Assembly: GCF_009914755.1 (NCBI RefSeq)
Contig: NC_060935.1
Direction: 5' to 3' (one strand)
Length of the DNA: 64,000 nucleotides
Source of the DNA: the human T2T-CHM13v2.0 reference genome, Homo sapiens
The position numbers and the translations under genes were made by a program. The notes below the pieces were generated by a model, which ran no database searches, was not told where the DNA came from, and saw nothing but the letters and a program-made list of their open reading frames with translations. This document shows, one piece after another, positions 1 to 14,697 of this stretch. Every line of letters starts with the position of its first letter. The first letter of the stretch is position 1.

Positions 1-299
1 CCAGTTTCTCAAAACATTTCATTTAAAGATATCTTTACTTTTATGTCTGACATACTGTCCTTAATAGCAATCTTAACACTTCTGAATTTTAAATTGTTAC
101 ATATTTGAGATTATATTTTCATAAATCATCTAAAAAATAAGAATAACTCTATATAGCTAACCAACCGTATACTAATGAACAATGTGGCTGAGACTAATAA
201 CATATTTTGGTAACAGGCTGTGTCCACTTGATGTTTATTTCATTTTTACCCTTATAAATGTAATACAAGCAAAACAGACCACAACAATTTTTATTTTTT

Positions 300-2600
300 A
301 ATGAATCACTATTACAAACACTTTTGTAACTGCCACCCAGGGCAGGAGCTAGAATTTCGGCGATAGTTTCAGTAGCTGTGCCACATCCCAATCTCAGACC
401 TCTCTCACTAACCATACATAACCATGTTCCTGAATTTAAATTGTTACTTCCTTGAGTTAACTTAGTTTGTATTACCCATGAGTTCATTCCTAAAGTTTGA
501 TTTTGCACATTAAAAAAAAAATACGCCTTTTTAAATGGGAGAAAATATTTGAAAATGATGCCTCAGGATAAATAATTAGTATTCAGAATCTATAAGAACT
601 CAACAAGAAAAAAACTAACAACCCCATTAGAAACTGGTCAAAAGACATGACTACACATTTCACACACAAAAAAAGGAATAAAGCAGCCAACCGATAATAA
701 AATTCTCAATATCACTAAGCATCAAAGAAATGCAAATTAAAACCACACTGTGATATCATCTTAACACCAGTCAGAATGGCTTTTATTAAGAGGTCAACAA
801 ACAACAGATATTGGCATGGATGCAGAAAAAACGGAACACTCATACACTGTTGGTAGGAATGTAAATTCAATCTTTATGGAAAACAGTATGGAGATACCTC
901 AAAGAACTAAAAATAGAACTACCATTCAATCTAGCAGTCCCACTACTGGCTATCTACTTAAAAGAAACGAAATTATTATATTAAAAATATATCTGCACTC
1001 ATGTTTATCATAGCACTGTTTACAATAGCAAAATCTTGTAGCTAACCTATATGTCTATCAAAGGTTGAATGGACAAAGCAAAGGTGATACATACATATCA
1101 GCATGGAACACAATGCAGCCATAAAAAAAGAATGATATCATATCCTTTGCAGCAACATGAATGGAGTTGGAGGCCATTATCCTAAGTGAACTAACTCTGA
1201 AGTAGCAAATCAAATATTGCACATTCTCACTTATAAGTGGGAGCTAAACAATGGGTAAACATGGACGTGAAGATAGAAAGAATAGGCTCTGGGAACTCTG
1301 AAAGAGGGAGGAAGGAATGGGGATTTGAAAAATTACCTACCAGGTATAATGTTCACTGGGTAATGGATACACTAGAAGCCCAATACCTACCATTTCACAA
1401 TACATCCATGTGACAAACAAGCACATGTAGCCCCCGAAGCTAAAATTAAAATAAAAAAGATATGTCTGTTTAATTCCTATTAATCTGCAGGGTCTTCCTC
1501 CGTTCCTTTCCTTTTCTTAAACTCATCTGTTGAAAACTTAAGTTATTTGACTGAAGAAATCCCCACAGTCTGGACTAGGATTTTTCTGATTAGACACACA
1601 TGGTTTAGAGCTCAACATGTTGCCAGAATTGGTGTATTTCCCACACATTGGCAGCTGGATCCAGAGGCTTGAGCAGACTCAGGTTGGAGCCCTTTGATGA
1701 TGGTGATGAATTCTTTCCTCAGGAGGGAATATCTAGTTGTGTTTCTTTTTGTGTTGTTAGTAGCTATTGACGGATAATACCTACATCCATTAACACATTA
1801 GGTTTGCAAGTTGGTGATATTCTAATCTATCATTTATCTTTTTATTTGTTAGTTGGAATACTTTTAAAAGGAAATACATCTTCGTAATCTGCTATTAAAC
1901 TACCTAATGGTAGATGCCATAAAGAAAAGATATATGCTTGATTCATCCCCTTTGTCAGTTCCAAGTCAACAAATTGAATTATTTGAAGATGAACAATTTA
2001 CTTGATAAAAAAGTAATTTATGGATTTAAATACATTGATAGATTTGCAGTTCAATAACTTGCAATCATTATTCTTTTGGAAGCTCAATTTTTTTCCTTTT
2101 GGCCATGGGAGTCCCTTCAAGTAGGCTCCTGGAGCCGTTCACAATGACCCTAATAGTCTGTGCCAGCTTCCTCTCAGTGTGCTGTGACAAGCCACAAAGT
2201 TAAAATTCATCATTTCTTCTAGAAGGTCTAGTTTCTTTGGTTGGGAAATGGTGTTTGAAGAACACAGATTACTGGAGGTGCTCATTGCTATAGCGTTAGT
2301 AAGAATCAAATATATCAAATTATACTGATACATATAACCCAAATTGAGGATTATAGTTTTCTTAATCTTTTCTGAACATCTGTATCCCTTTACCTCCACA
2401 CTGAAAATCTTTGTTCTAACAGTTACCAGGAATGACAGAATAGATCTCTCCTAATTATTCTTTAACTTCATCTCACATACACACGTGAATCTCAGAAAAA
2501 TAATACTTCGATCAGTGAAAAGTAATTACTGAGAATTTTTCTTTTCATACGTTGGTATGATTTTTATTTAGTTCATAGATTTGTTTGAATCTGTTTATCA
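300..2600 (-). mobile_element. Old L1 3' region (L1MC/L1ME-type), interrupted by a younger L1 at 534-1460
   Basis: gtaactgccacccagg (~327) and cccacagtctggactaggatttttctgatt (~1562) resemble antisense L1MC/ME 3' UTR. Boundaries are approximate. Confidence 0.55.
534..1460 (+). mobile_element. 5'-truncated L1 3' end (L1PB/late L1PA-type)
   Basis: ORF2 C-terminal sequence (aatgggagaaaatatttg..., caccagtcagaatggc), 3' UTR ttctcacttataagtgggagctaaac, and an A-rich tail at ~1441-1460. Confidence 0.9.
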
Positions 2601-3939
2601 TAACTGGGAAGTTGATTATTAAAACACTCTTCATACTTAAAGTGGAGCAAAATAACAAGTTATCAATTTTCTTTCATTTGCTTTTTTTCTATATGCTCCT
2701 GTTATTACCACTGAATAATATAGGAAGCTCATAAATTTTCCCATAGCACTAAGGTATTAAAAATTATAAAATGTGGATGATATGTGTACATTCGTAGTTC
2801 TGTGTGCACTGTATTCTTTTATATAGCTCCTGGAAAACTTCAGCTTCCTCAGATATACCTCCCTAATCTCTCATATTATTTTGTACAGTCCTAAAGCATT
2901 CCATACCCAAACACTCGACACATTTGTGGTAACTCTTTCCAAATTGTCTTGCTAAAAGTCTGTACACTCTGGTGTACCTTTTTTAAAGGATATATATATA
3001 TGAAATACATAATAGACAATACACATTTGCAAAATAAATGACTCAATGAATAAATCAGCCTTCCCATATTTTACATAAGTGTTGAAAATATTGACTTAAT
3101 TGTATAAGCACTGTTATATAAGGTCATTTTTGTAGTGATTTTTCACACCATAAAAGGAAATCACAAAAGTTCAACAGATTTTTATATGCTTTAATTAACA
3201 CTCTAACCCTGGAGAGTTAGAAGAACTCTCCAGGCTGGACATTGATAATTTAATACTAGCACAAAATTAGGAATAATGAGTGAAATACTACATATCATCT
3301 CCTGCTGAAAGGCATCAAATAAGCTTTCTCATTTTTTTCCAGTTTTGTGATGCATAGTTGCTACTGTCTAGAATACTCTGTAACTTTCACTGAGCTGAGC
3401 TATCCCTATGCCATGCGACCAACATCCGTAAGGAAACTCCTCACATTTCCTTATGGATGGTTGTTCAGGACCTGCATCTGGAACCCCATGGCTTCAAATG
3501 TTAGGCCCTTTTTCCTAATCTGTTACTGCTAACCTCTGTTTCTGGCTTTTTGCACTGTCCGCTAACTATACCTTTGTACTGATATATGCCCCTGATATCT
3601 GGAAATTGATGTTCTAGTCTTGATCCCAGGCTCCCCTCATTGGTTAACTGTGTTCCCTTCCTACACTGCATTCTCCCTTTGTTCCAGGCAATGCATGAGC
3701 CCTATTTAGCTTCTTTCTCATGATCCAGCCGCACTATATGTACCTGGAGTTGATGTTGCATTAAGGAGTACAGTGGGGGGTATGGTCTGAATACATGTAC
3801 ATTTATTGTACTATAACACATGAGGCATTCAAGTTTCCTGGTCGAGTTATCAAATGAATAAATGATCTTTCAGAGACTGCCACAGAAGCATGAATAACAT
3901 AGTATAAAAATTAGCATCATTTTAGAACTTAGCAAACTT

Positions 3940-4240
3940 TCTTACATGTATTATGTCAATGCCCCTAAACCTTGTAGCAATCCTGAACAAGGCAGATTAT
4001 TCAGTTTTACACTTAATGAGGCTCAGATATATTAAGTGATTTTCTAAGTTCACACTGAATTTAGGTGAGAGAATATGATTGAACTCCATCACCTTATTGC
4101 TATACTAAATGATAAATTTCATTCTTGCATCACCAATTGTGTAATAGTGACCAAACTTCTTAACTTTTGTGTGCCTCAGTTTCTTTTATTCTTTTATTCT
4201 TTTAAATGATTTTCTCTGTAGAAGTGAGTTATCTATGTAA
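3940..4240. mobile_element. Two MIR fragments in opposite orientation
   Basis: MIR core-like gaggctcagatatattaagtgattttctaagttcacac and cttcttaacttttgtgtgcctcagtttc. Confidence 0.55.
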
Positions 4241-5339
4241 ATTGCTTTTAAATTCTAGGGAGAAAAAAAGAGCTGTAGGAGTGATAATTAGATGCCATGA
4301 TATAGATGGTTTTAAATGGAGTTGAAAGGTTCATGGAATAAAATTCTTTCCATATTTTCATTAATATGGATTTTTAATACCCTTTGGAAATTAACTTTAA
4401 AAGTGTTTTCCATCTTTGTGAAAAAGAAACTTTATTTCCATTGACTATAAAATTCTTTATAATAGAACATGCTCCAGTTTTATGAAACCCCGTAGGATAA
4501 ATAGTGGCTTAAATACACCGGCAGACAGATCTATCTTTAATTGAACTACTCAGCCAGATCCCATTGGGAGTAAAAATCTAGTCTTTCAAAGACATTGGAA
4601 ATTTTGTTTCTGAATTCAGGTCCAGTATATCAACAGTGACATATGCAAGTAGGAACTGGTTCTGCTCATTTACTCTGCCTTTGAAATTTACCAAAACCAC
4701 ATTCTTGGCTCCTAAGTGACAGAGATAAGTCTCTTTCTATGGATCCCACAGCATTAAAAAATCTAAACACAAGGTAAATTTATATCTGCATTTCCAATCA
4801 ACCATTCAGATTTAGTGGATTTTTAAGTTTATTTCTTCATAATCTTTAGTTTAAAAAAAAATAAGGAAAGTGCTGTTTTAACATGTAGAAAGGGTAATTT
4901 TAACATAACAGTCTTAATTGCTTAAAATTACATGCTGTAGTAATATACAATACTGTGCAGCTTTATACAGTACTATATCTGCATTTGCATTATAGGTTTT
5001 CAATCATATGTTAAGCTTTCCTCATAACTATTAAATCTGTTCATATTGCCTATTGACTTTGTAAATAATGCATAAGTTTTCCATGTCAGTATAATACCAA
5101 TTTATTTCACCATTCACTATCAAAAGTTTTTAAAATATTCACCACATTCTCATCTTCCAGTTTATTGCTTTGAAGGGTAGGATTCTGTGAGAGTGCATGG
5201 TAATGAACTTCATATTAAGCAGTCTACTTCAATACAGTCTGCCTTAATTATTACTTATTAAGACACCCCACAAGTTTCACACCAGCTATTTTCTGTTAAA
5301 TATGTAGCATACATTATAACTGTACCAAAAAATGATGGC

Positions 5340-5500
5340 ATCTGGAATTGTAGAGCAGAAAGAAAGTTTGAGATTATTTCTTTTAACCTTCTTATTTTAG
5401 AGGCAAATGAAGTTAGATCTAGGAAATTAAGTCTTTTCTAACATGACAGAATTGACTGTTGAGAGCCCTGGAATCAGTGTCAAATGTCTTGGCTCCCATT
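5340..5500. mobile_element. MIR fragment
   Basis: ttttagaggcaaatgaagttagatctaggaaattaagtc resembles a degraded MIR core. Confidence 0.45.
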
Positions 5501-5828
5501 CTTACCTTCTTTTTGCTTTTTCTTTTACACTACTTCTTCTGTGTGTTTTGTCATAAAAGATATATAAGTTGACTTTACTTTGATGAAGGGAAAGCTACTA
5601 ATGGCATGTGAGAGAAGGACTGAAGTGGGGATAAATAGTTATTGTACAACTTACAATTTTTTCAAATTCTGAACAACAGTGCAAGGTAGTGATGGCATGT
5701 GCAATAGGTGTCATGCACATTGTAAAAAAAACTACAGGTAAAATACCATTAAAAAACACACTCTAAGAAGCAAAGCCTTTCTGTCATTAATCAGTACTTT
5801 GGTTTTGATTATTTAAGATGATACCTCT

Positions 5829-6125
<297 letters not shown>

Positions 6126-6160
6126 AGATGATACTCCCAAAAGGTTCTGGTGAAGATACA

Positions 6161-6477
6161 TGTTTTGTTTTTTGTTTTTGTTTTTCTCTTGAGACGGAGT
6201 CTGGCTCTGTCGCTCGCGCTGGAGTACAGTGGTACGATCTGATCTCTGCTCACTGCCACCTCTGCCTCCCGGGTCCAGGCGATTCTCCTGCCTCAGCCTC
6301 CCGATTAGCTGGGATTACAAGCGCGTACCACTACGCCCAGTTAATTTTTGTATTTCTAGTAGAGATGGGGTTTCACCATGTTGGCCGGGCTGGTCTCGAA
6401 CTCTTGACATCAGGTGATCCACCCACCTCGGCCTCCCAAAGTGCTGGGATTACAGGCGTGATCCACCGTGCCTGGCC
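6161..6477 (-). mobile_element. Alu (AluS), full length, antisense
   Basis: T-rich tail, then gagacggagtct...cgtgcctggcc. TSD gtgaagata at ~6150 and ~6479. ORFs 6128..6664 and 6229..6417 are Alu translations. Confidence 0.95.
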
Positions 6478-7562
6478 AGTGAAGATAATTTCTGGTAAGT
6501 TAGTGGGAAAAGGAAAGACCTCACAAAATCAAAGAGTAAGGGAAGCCTTAAAAAGTAGAAAGGGAAAAATAAATAAACAAAACTGCATGAAAGCTTCTCT
6601 TCCCTGTCATTATAAAATTAATTTTTTCTTAGTTACTGATGATATATATCACCGGACCAGATAGTACACATTGGTAGCTTTTGGAAAAACTTGGCATTTT
6701 GAAATCGGACAGAACAGGTAAACATAGAAGCTCCCAAAACTATGCAGAGAATGAAATGCTACAGGTTTAAGAAACTTCTATCGATGTTACTTCTGTCTAC
6801 ATCATACCTAGTGCGAACTGTGTTTGAGTTTGGGTTTTTTTTCTGATTTGTTTCATTTTGTTTTTAACTGTGGCTCCTAAATTTTAAAACACTGCTAGCT
6901 ACCGTTTATTGAGTTCGTTTATGGGCAGTCCTATGTCAAATAGTATTAACACTTTATTCCATGCAATGCTTACGACAACTTTTACACAAGCTGCTTGAAA
7001 TTATATAGGTTTGCAAATTATATAAAAGAAAGAGATTAAGAAACTGGCCTAAGATCGAGAGTGTGTGGAAACTGGGATTTGACTTTAGTAGGTCTAGCAA
7101 GAAGTCTATGTCCTTAACACCTCCATAGTCCTCCTGCACACTCATTTTCAGGAGAAGCAGTATTTATTTATTAAAATACTTTTCCTCCTTAAGGACAAAA
7201 ATGTCAACAAAAACAAAATTCATTGCAGTCTGTGAGAATATCTTTCAAAGTGAGGTGGGTTTCCCTACTAGCCAACCAGGTTTTTCTCCCCGTTCACTAT
7301 TCTTGAACTAATGCCAGATTGAAGAAGTAAACTGTATATAGTTACATATTACATTTTCCCTCACATGCATAGCGTGTGTTCATTAATATTTTGCATATGA
7401 TCAATGAGGCAATTGAAAACATTTTATATCATGGAAAATCATGAAAATATAAATGGACAATAAATAGCATTCATGTTGCCATTGCTCTGTGTCCCTCTTT
7501 TCCTCTCACAATAAATGTTTTGTAATTCACAGAGTGGTACATGGCTAACAGTTGCTTATGCA

Positions 7563-7630
7563 ATAATACTCATAGAATAAGAAATAGTACTCATAGAATA
7601 AGAAAATAGTACTCATAGAATCAGAAAAGT
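7563..7630. repeat. Short tandem repeat, 3 copies of a ~22-23 bp unit (tactcatagaataagaaatag)
   Basis: Read directly from the sequence. Confidence 0.9.
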
Positions 7631-9792
7631 AAATACAAATATGAAAGAGAATAACTGTTTCTACTCCATTCATTTTTTTTCACTCGTGGTTAATGAAATA
7701 GAACAAAACAGGACTGGCACTGTAAATGACCAACTGGCGATTAAAATAAGCTTCAAAAGTTTTTCGGAGTTGATGAAATCCTTATTTCATGCCACAAGCA
7801 GCTCCCAAGAGACTAATGTTTGATGTGCTTGCTCAATTTTACAAATACAATTGAAATTGAAGGTGTATAAAAAATCTGTAGACACCAACATTTTCTGTAA
7901 TACTATGAATTGCTTTTGTCCTTTGCAAAATGTTATTCTCTGGCCTTGACAAAAAATAATTTGTTTAAATCACCTTCTCAGTGGAGAATTTCAAGGATAT
8001 TATTATACAACAGTAGGGTAATAGAATTGTCATCTCTATTTAGGTGTAGGAAATATTATTTTGGAGATAGTAAAAACTCACCTCTACCACTTCAACCATC
8101 TATTTGTGAGGAAGCACAGGGAAATGTTATGACTTTTTTAATATTTAAAAAAATTGTCTCTCTTTGAAATAAAACTTATAAAGTGTACCTAAAAATTGTC
8201 ATGGTTCATTAGAAGCTATCCACTGAGAAAATTAAGGCTAACTATGGAGATAGTAATTGACTTTAAGAGTTGCAAACTAGTTTCAATTAAAACTGGCAGC
8301 AATTATTTAGCACACATCTATGATTTATTGGAAATTCAGACAGATTGTGCAGTAGCATTAATAGAGGTATGTTTCTGGATTGGTACAGGTATGATGAGTG
8401 AGATTTTTTTCTGTGCTGCAGGCAGTCTAGGAACAAGAGCTGCTGGAGGACACATTTGATCTACATACTACACACTCTTGTGAAATACAAACCACAGTAC
8501 ATGGTTTCACAGGATAGGAAACAGTTTTTAAGTTTTGACAGTTGAATTATAATGATTATACAAAATAAAATGCCTACTCCCAACTTTTGTAAATTATAGC
8601 CAGAACGGAGAATGTTTTTAGTTCCTTATGAAATGATTTATGTAAGTGATATTTATGATTTTACATGGGGAATGTATGGTACATTTCCTGAGAAAAGTCA
8701 CTTTGATTCTACATTAGTTATGCTTTTTAAAAATTCATTGAAGTCCACTATTATGAATTACAGCATCATTGTTCTCATATCAGTAGCATACAATATGTCA
8801 AAAGGGATTTAAGGGCTATTTAAACATTTTAAAAACTTGAGTCCTCAGGTAGTATATAGTGATAACAATGTTGTTATTTTTAAAATAAAATAAAGGGGGG
8901 GAGCTGGCTTAGTAAGTGCTGCGTATAAACTAAATCTGCCCTGAGGCAATGATTTTTTACTGGTACAGAAGCTGCTAGTGCTGGGTTTTCGGTCATTACT
9001 ATGATTTGTAGCAAAGCTAGCTCTCCCTCCAGCCGTGTATCGCAGAGCTTGCAGTTTATTCAGCCGACTACTATCTGAGAGTTGCACAGTATTGTCTGAT
9101 AACATTCTATAGCTTCCAAGTAAGTTACTCCTATCTCATCTTGTTCATCACAGTAGATCACAGTCTTAGCTATTACTGTTGATCAAATATAGCACTGAAT
9201 TTACCACTACTCTGCTGAGCCTGAATGGGGACAACAGAAGCCTGACAGATAAGCTCAGATAGTGTAGTTTAGCACTGAAATTGTGGAGAGGCATATAACC
9301 TGACACAAAGCCATCTCAGCCTATTTTAGCAAAGATGACTGAGGGACTGTGAAGCTAAAAGGCAAAATGCTAATAAAGTCTTCTGCTGAAAATAAGTTTA
9401 ATTGTAAAATAATACATAGATAACACCCTTAATGGTCATGGTTTATATTTTATATATGAGTTTTCATCAGTAAGTGATCTAGATACTCTTGTGAAGCTCT
9501 CCTGTTAAAAGACTTATGGTTTTCATAAAAGATAACTATTGCTGGACTTGCATGAAGTGGGATGAATTTATAAGAGCACACTCACTGCCAGCCTATGCAC
9601 CCACCCCTCCAAAGAAAAATTTTTGCTAAAAATGAACTTTGAGCAATAAACACCCAATAAAAGAGATTTGGTTTAAAAGTAGACGCTGAAGTCAGTTATA
9701 CATTCAGTAGCCTCAAGCAAGAACCAGCAGTAAAACATTCTGAGTAAATCTGAACACAATTTTGAGAACAAGAGATCTCTAAATCACTCATT

Positions 9793-10737
9793 TTTTATTT
9801 TTTTAATTTAATTTTTGTGGGTACATAGTAGGTGTATGTGTTTATGGGGTACATGAGATATACTGATACAGACATAAAATGCCTAATAATCATATCATAT
9901 AAAATGAGGTTATCCATCCCCTTTAGCATTTATCTTTTGTGTTAAAAACAATCCAATTATATATTTTTAGTTATTTTTAAAATGTGCAATTCAATTATTA
10001 TTCGCTATAGTTAGCCTGTCGTGCTATCAAATAGTAAGTCTTATTCATTCTTTCTGACTACTTTTTTTGTGCCCATTAACCATTCCCATGTCCTCTTTAT
10101 TCCCCCCACCTCCATTCCCAGCATCTGGTAACCATCTTTGTACTCTCTATCTTCATGATTTCAATTGTTTTGAGTTTTAGATCCTACAAATAAGTGAGAG
10201 CACATGATGTTTGTCTTTCTGTGCCTGGCTTATTTCACTTAACATAACAACCTCTAGTTCCATCCATGTTGTTGCAAATGAAATAATCTCATTCTTTTTT
10301 CTTTTGTGGCTGAATAGTACCCCGTTGTGTATAAGTACCACATTTTCTTCATTCATCTATTGATGGACACTTAGGTTGCTTTCAAATCTTGGCTATTCCA
10401 AACAGTGCTGCAACAAACATCGGAGTGCAGATGTCACTTTGACATACTGATTTCTTTTGGGTGTATACCAAGCAGTGGGATTGTTGGATCATATGGTAGC
10501 TCAGTTTTTAGTTTTTTTGAGGAACCTCCAAACTGTTCTCCGTAGTGGCTGTACTAATTTACATTTCCACCAACAGTGTATGAGGGTCCCCTTTTCTCCC
10601 TATCCTTGCCGGCATTCGTTATCTCCTGTCTTTTGGATATAAGCCGTTTTAACAGGGGTGAGATGATATCTCATTGTAGTTTTGACTTGGATTTCTCTGA
10701 TGAGCAATGATGTTGAGCACCTATTCATACGCCTGTT
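9793..10737 (-). mobile_element. 5'-truncated L1 3' end (L1MA-type)
   Basis: tttttgtgggtacatagtaggtgt...ggggtacatgagata is the antisense L1MA 3' terminus, followed by antisense ORF2 end. Confidence 0.9.
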
Positions 10738-11934
10738 AGAAAGTCAATTTCTAAATGGAATGATTGGCATGGGCCTGGCTTCCTTGTTAACATGCTCATG
10801 GTGTTTACTGGCAGAAAGATTATGAAGAGTCCCTATTAAACAAAACAAAACAAAACAGTGAAAACAAAAATCCCCTAATCACTCAGGATACTCCTGGCCT
10901 GTCTTGATAACCTATTATGTATGAACCTGGAGTTTATGTATTTATAAAGTATGGCTGTCTGGAGAGTGAGAAAAGTCACTATCTTCTATCTGTTGAATTA
11001 AATAGAAACCAGGAGAGCCCCAAAACTAAATCAGCTTTCTTTAAGAACAGCATGTCCACACCCTTTTCAGACTCACTATATGTTAATCAAAAACAAAGCA
11101 AGTCCTGTTACAGAAGATAAGATATTAGAAGCCACGTCTTCTGCAACTCATACTTTTCCAGAAAGGAATGTTAATTTTCTGCATGATATTGCTTCTACCT
11201 TTTAAATCACTGGTAAAAATTCATATTGGGGAATATGTACAATTAAAGTGATTCTGTTTTCACCTTTAGTGTTCAAACAAGTTGGAAGGTAGCTCTAACG
11301 GCCCCCAAACAGAAGCACCCCTGAATCCTGAGAAGCAAATGGAAGTGCTCCCTGGAGGAAAGATCCTGAATCTATATTCAGAAATTCTATATAGACCTCA
11401 GAAATTCTAAAAGTTAACATGAACTATATATGAAATAACAATCAAACATCATCATTCATAAAGGAAAATGTTACAACAAATAGTAAAAGATCAAAGAGAA
11501 AAAATATTAGATTTGTACCCTGAAAACTAAAATAATATAATTTGTAGATACGGAATATAACATAACTATGTATGAAATGTTTGAAGAAAATAGTAATTTA
11601 ATAAAAATAAACAAGAACTAAGACATTATCCAAATTGACCAAAGAGATTTGAAAAATAATCAAATATAACTTTTAAAATGAAATATGTTTACTGAAATAT
11701 TTAAAGAGTAGAATAGACATTGTTGAAGCAGAAGAGAACGGAAATAATAGTGAAAGAACAAATATTTAAAGATGCAGTGGCTGAGAATTCTCCAAAACTC
11801 ATAAGAATTATGATTCCACAGATATTGTAGGTACGTATATACTGAGCAACATGAATAATAATGAAATCCACAGTTAGACACATTATAGTGAAACTGTAGA
11901 ACATATATTACAGAGATGTTAAAAACAGTAAGAA

Positions 11935-12230
11935 GGCTGGGCACGGTGGCTCACGCCTGTAATCCCAGCACTTTGGGAGGTTGAGGCAGGTGGATCGCCT
12001 GAAGTCAGGAATTCAAGAACAGCCTGACCAAAATGGTGAAACCCCATCTCTACTAAAACTACAGAAATTAGCTGGGTGTGATGGCATGTGCTTGTAGTCC
12101 CAGCTACTCGGTTGGCTGAGGCAGAAGAATTGCTTGAACCAGGGAGGCAGAGGTTGCAGTCAGCCGATGTAGTACCACTGCACTCCACCCTCAGCGACAG
12201 AGCGACACCCCATCTCAAAACAAACAAAAC
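11935..12230 (+). mobile_element. Alu (AluS)
   Basis: ggctgggcacggtggctcacgcctgtaatcccagc...catctcaaaacaaacaaaac. Confidence 0.95.
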
Positions 12231-12242
12231 AGGGAGAAAAAT

Positions 12243-12560
12243 CCAGGCGTGGTGGCTCACACCTGTAATGACAGCACTCTGGGGGGGTGAGGAGAGTGTA
12301 TCACCTTAGCCCAGGAGTTTGAGACCAGCCTGTGCAACATGGCACAATCCTGTCTCTACAAAAAATACAAAGATAGCAGGGCATGGTGGCATGTGCCTAT
12401 AGTCCTAGCTACTGGGGGCGCTCAGGTGGGAGAGCCGTTTGAGCCAGGGAGGTCGAGTTTCCAGCAAGCTGTGATCATGCTGCTGCACTCCAGCCTGGGC
12501 AAGAGGGCAAGATCCTGTCTCAAAATAAAAAAAAGAAAAAGAAAGAAAGAAAAGAGAGAA
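12243..12560 (+). mobile_element. Alu (AluJ)
   Basis: cccaggagtttgagaccagcc and gagccagggaggtcgag are J-type features, followed by an A-rich tail. Confidence 0.9.
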
Positions 12561-14697
12561 AACAAAAGCAGTGAGAAAAGACAAAGCTGCCTACACAATA
12601 ATGACAAGTAAACTATTCAGCAGCAACCAAAGAAACCACACAACTTGGTGATAAAGTCCTCAAAGTGATGAACAAAAAAATAGCTGTCAACTTAGAATTG
12701 TGTCTTCAGAAAAATAATCTGTCAAAAATGTTATTTACAAAATTGTAAATAAGCAAAACTGAGAGTTTACAACCAATAATTATACCCTCAAGGAAGGATT
12801 AAAATTTTTATCTCAGGCAAAAATAATCCTAACAGGAACGTTTTAAGATGCAGTAAGAAATGCTTAGCAAGATATTGGTGAATTGACTATCCAGCCAAAT
12901 ACGCATCACTGCACATAATAATAACATTTTTGTAGTTAATAACGTAGATATCTCTAGAAAGTTTGGTGAGTAATAAAGAGATAAGACAAAAAATATATTA
13001 AGAATGAGAAAAACGGCACAACTCCAAGTGTAATAGAGAATTGAAAGAAGATACCATGAATACATTTGGCAATGAAATTGAAAATGTTGCAAAAAGTCCT
13101 CCAAAAGTAAAATTTTCCAAAACTGATTCAAGAGGAAATTAAAGCTTAACTAGAACTTTGAACATTAAAAAATTAATCATTAACTTAAAACATTTCTACA
13201 GAGAAAATACTAATCCATTTTTATTGTAAATCAATTCCATCAAACTTGCAAGGAAAAGATCACTAGGAAAATGTGTATCTACATTAAAAAATTAAGTTTA
13301 TATTCAAATATAATCTCTGATAACTTTGAGAATTAAATGTAAAAGTCAAAACTATAAAACATTTAGATAAAACATATAGAAATATCTTTATGATCTTGAA
13401 CTAGGGAAAACTAAGATGTTTCACTGTAATATATTCACATATTCAGTTGCATTCATATTAATAACTCTTATTTAAAATTCAGCATAAAAATGTACATACT
13501 AAAATCTGAGGAAAAAGATCTGGACATATATAACTGACAAGTGATTAGTAATCAAAATATATAAAGGACTTCTACAAATTAAAATATGTGTAAGTATGTA
13601 TATATTTTATGAAATAGTCAATGCATATTAATAGGTATTTACCTAAGGGAAAACCCATGGTAAAACATAAATATGCTCAAACCTAATAAATAGAAAGATT
13701 CAAAGTAAGTCCATATTTTATACCATTTGATGTCTAATAAGTAGTCAAAAATGTTGAAATTTCATAATATCAAGTATTAGAGAGGTGTGGGTTAAGAATT
13801 CATAAACAGTTGCTGGTAAAAACATTTGGGAAAACCATATACCATGAGACATATAAAAGACTGTTCTTAGCAGGATCGGTTGTCTTAACAAAAATACTAG
13901 TAATGACACTAGTGGGTATCAACAGAAACATGGATTAAAAAAATACAGTACATTCAGAAAATGAAATATGTTAATATGTTACAGCAGTGAAAACTAATGA
14001 ATCCAAATGCACGCAATAGCATGAAGAACCCTTAAACATAGCATTGAGTGCAAGCAAGTTGCAACCTACTTCATTTTTCTAAAATTCAAATGTAAACAAT
14101 ATATTTTGTGATAAGCATATGTGAGGAAACTTCTTTTTTTTAAAAAAGGATCTATAAGCGCTTATCTCAAAATATTAGGAGAGGGGCAGGAGGAATATAA
14201 AAGATAGGAAGAAACGGGAATACAAAAGACCGATTATACTAGTCAGGTTCTGTTTCTTAAATATTGTGGCTGGTTCATTGGTATTCATTAAGTTTTCCAT
14301 AACTCAGGATTATGTTACATACATGATTTTGATGATAATATTATATAATTATTGTGTGGTTAAAACATTAAATATTTTATTTCTTTATGTTCATGTGAGT
14401 TGGACATGCATCTGCACTTTCTCTCATCCTGCTTTCCCTAAGGCAGTCAATAACATAACTGCCAAGATTTCCACCGTGGTTTTGACCAATGATGTGGTCT
14501 CTGCTAATGAGACCTGAGGGAGAATAATTCATAAAGATTGGCAGAGATGGTAATTTTTTGTAAATGTGAACTGAGATTTATAAGTCCTTTAAAACTATTA
14601 TTTCAGCAGTAAGGAAGTGTTACATAATCATTAAGAACATGGTCAAATAAATTTTATGGGATTTCTAGCTCTGTAATTTACTAGCTGAATGTCCTAG

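Larger units (their letters stand above)
11420..14330 (+). mobile_element. Heavily degraded old L1 (L1M/L1ME) pieces interrupted by two Alus
   Basis: ORF1-like gctgagaattctccaaaact...cacattatagtgaaactg, ORF2-like aaactataaaacatttag...tatctttatgatcttg, and 3' UTR-like sequence at ~13900-14300. Confidence 0.65.

Noticed and set aside
6128-6664. 178-aa ORF (and similar ORFs at 11919, 16801, 28538, 50878, 59521 and 61765)
   Set aside because: These are translations of Alu sequence and adjoining microsatellites, with no evidence of being genes.
7563-7630. Direct repeats resembling a mini CRISPR array
   Set aside because: The units abut with no unique spacers, the context is a primate intron, and there are no cas genes.
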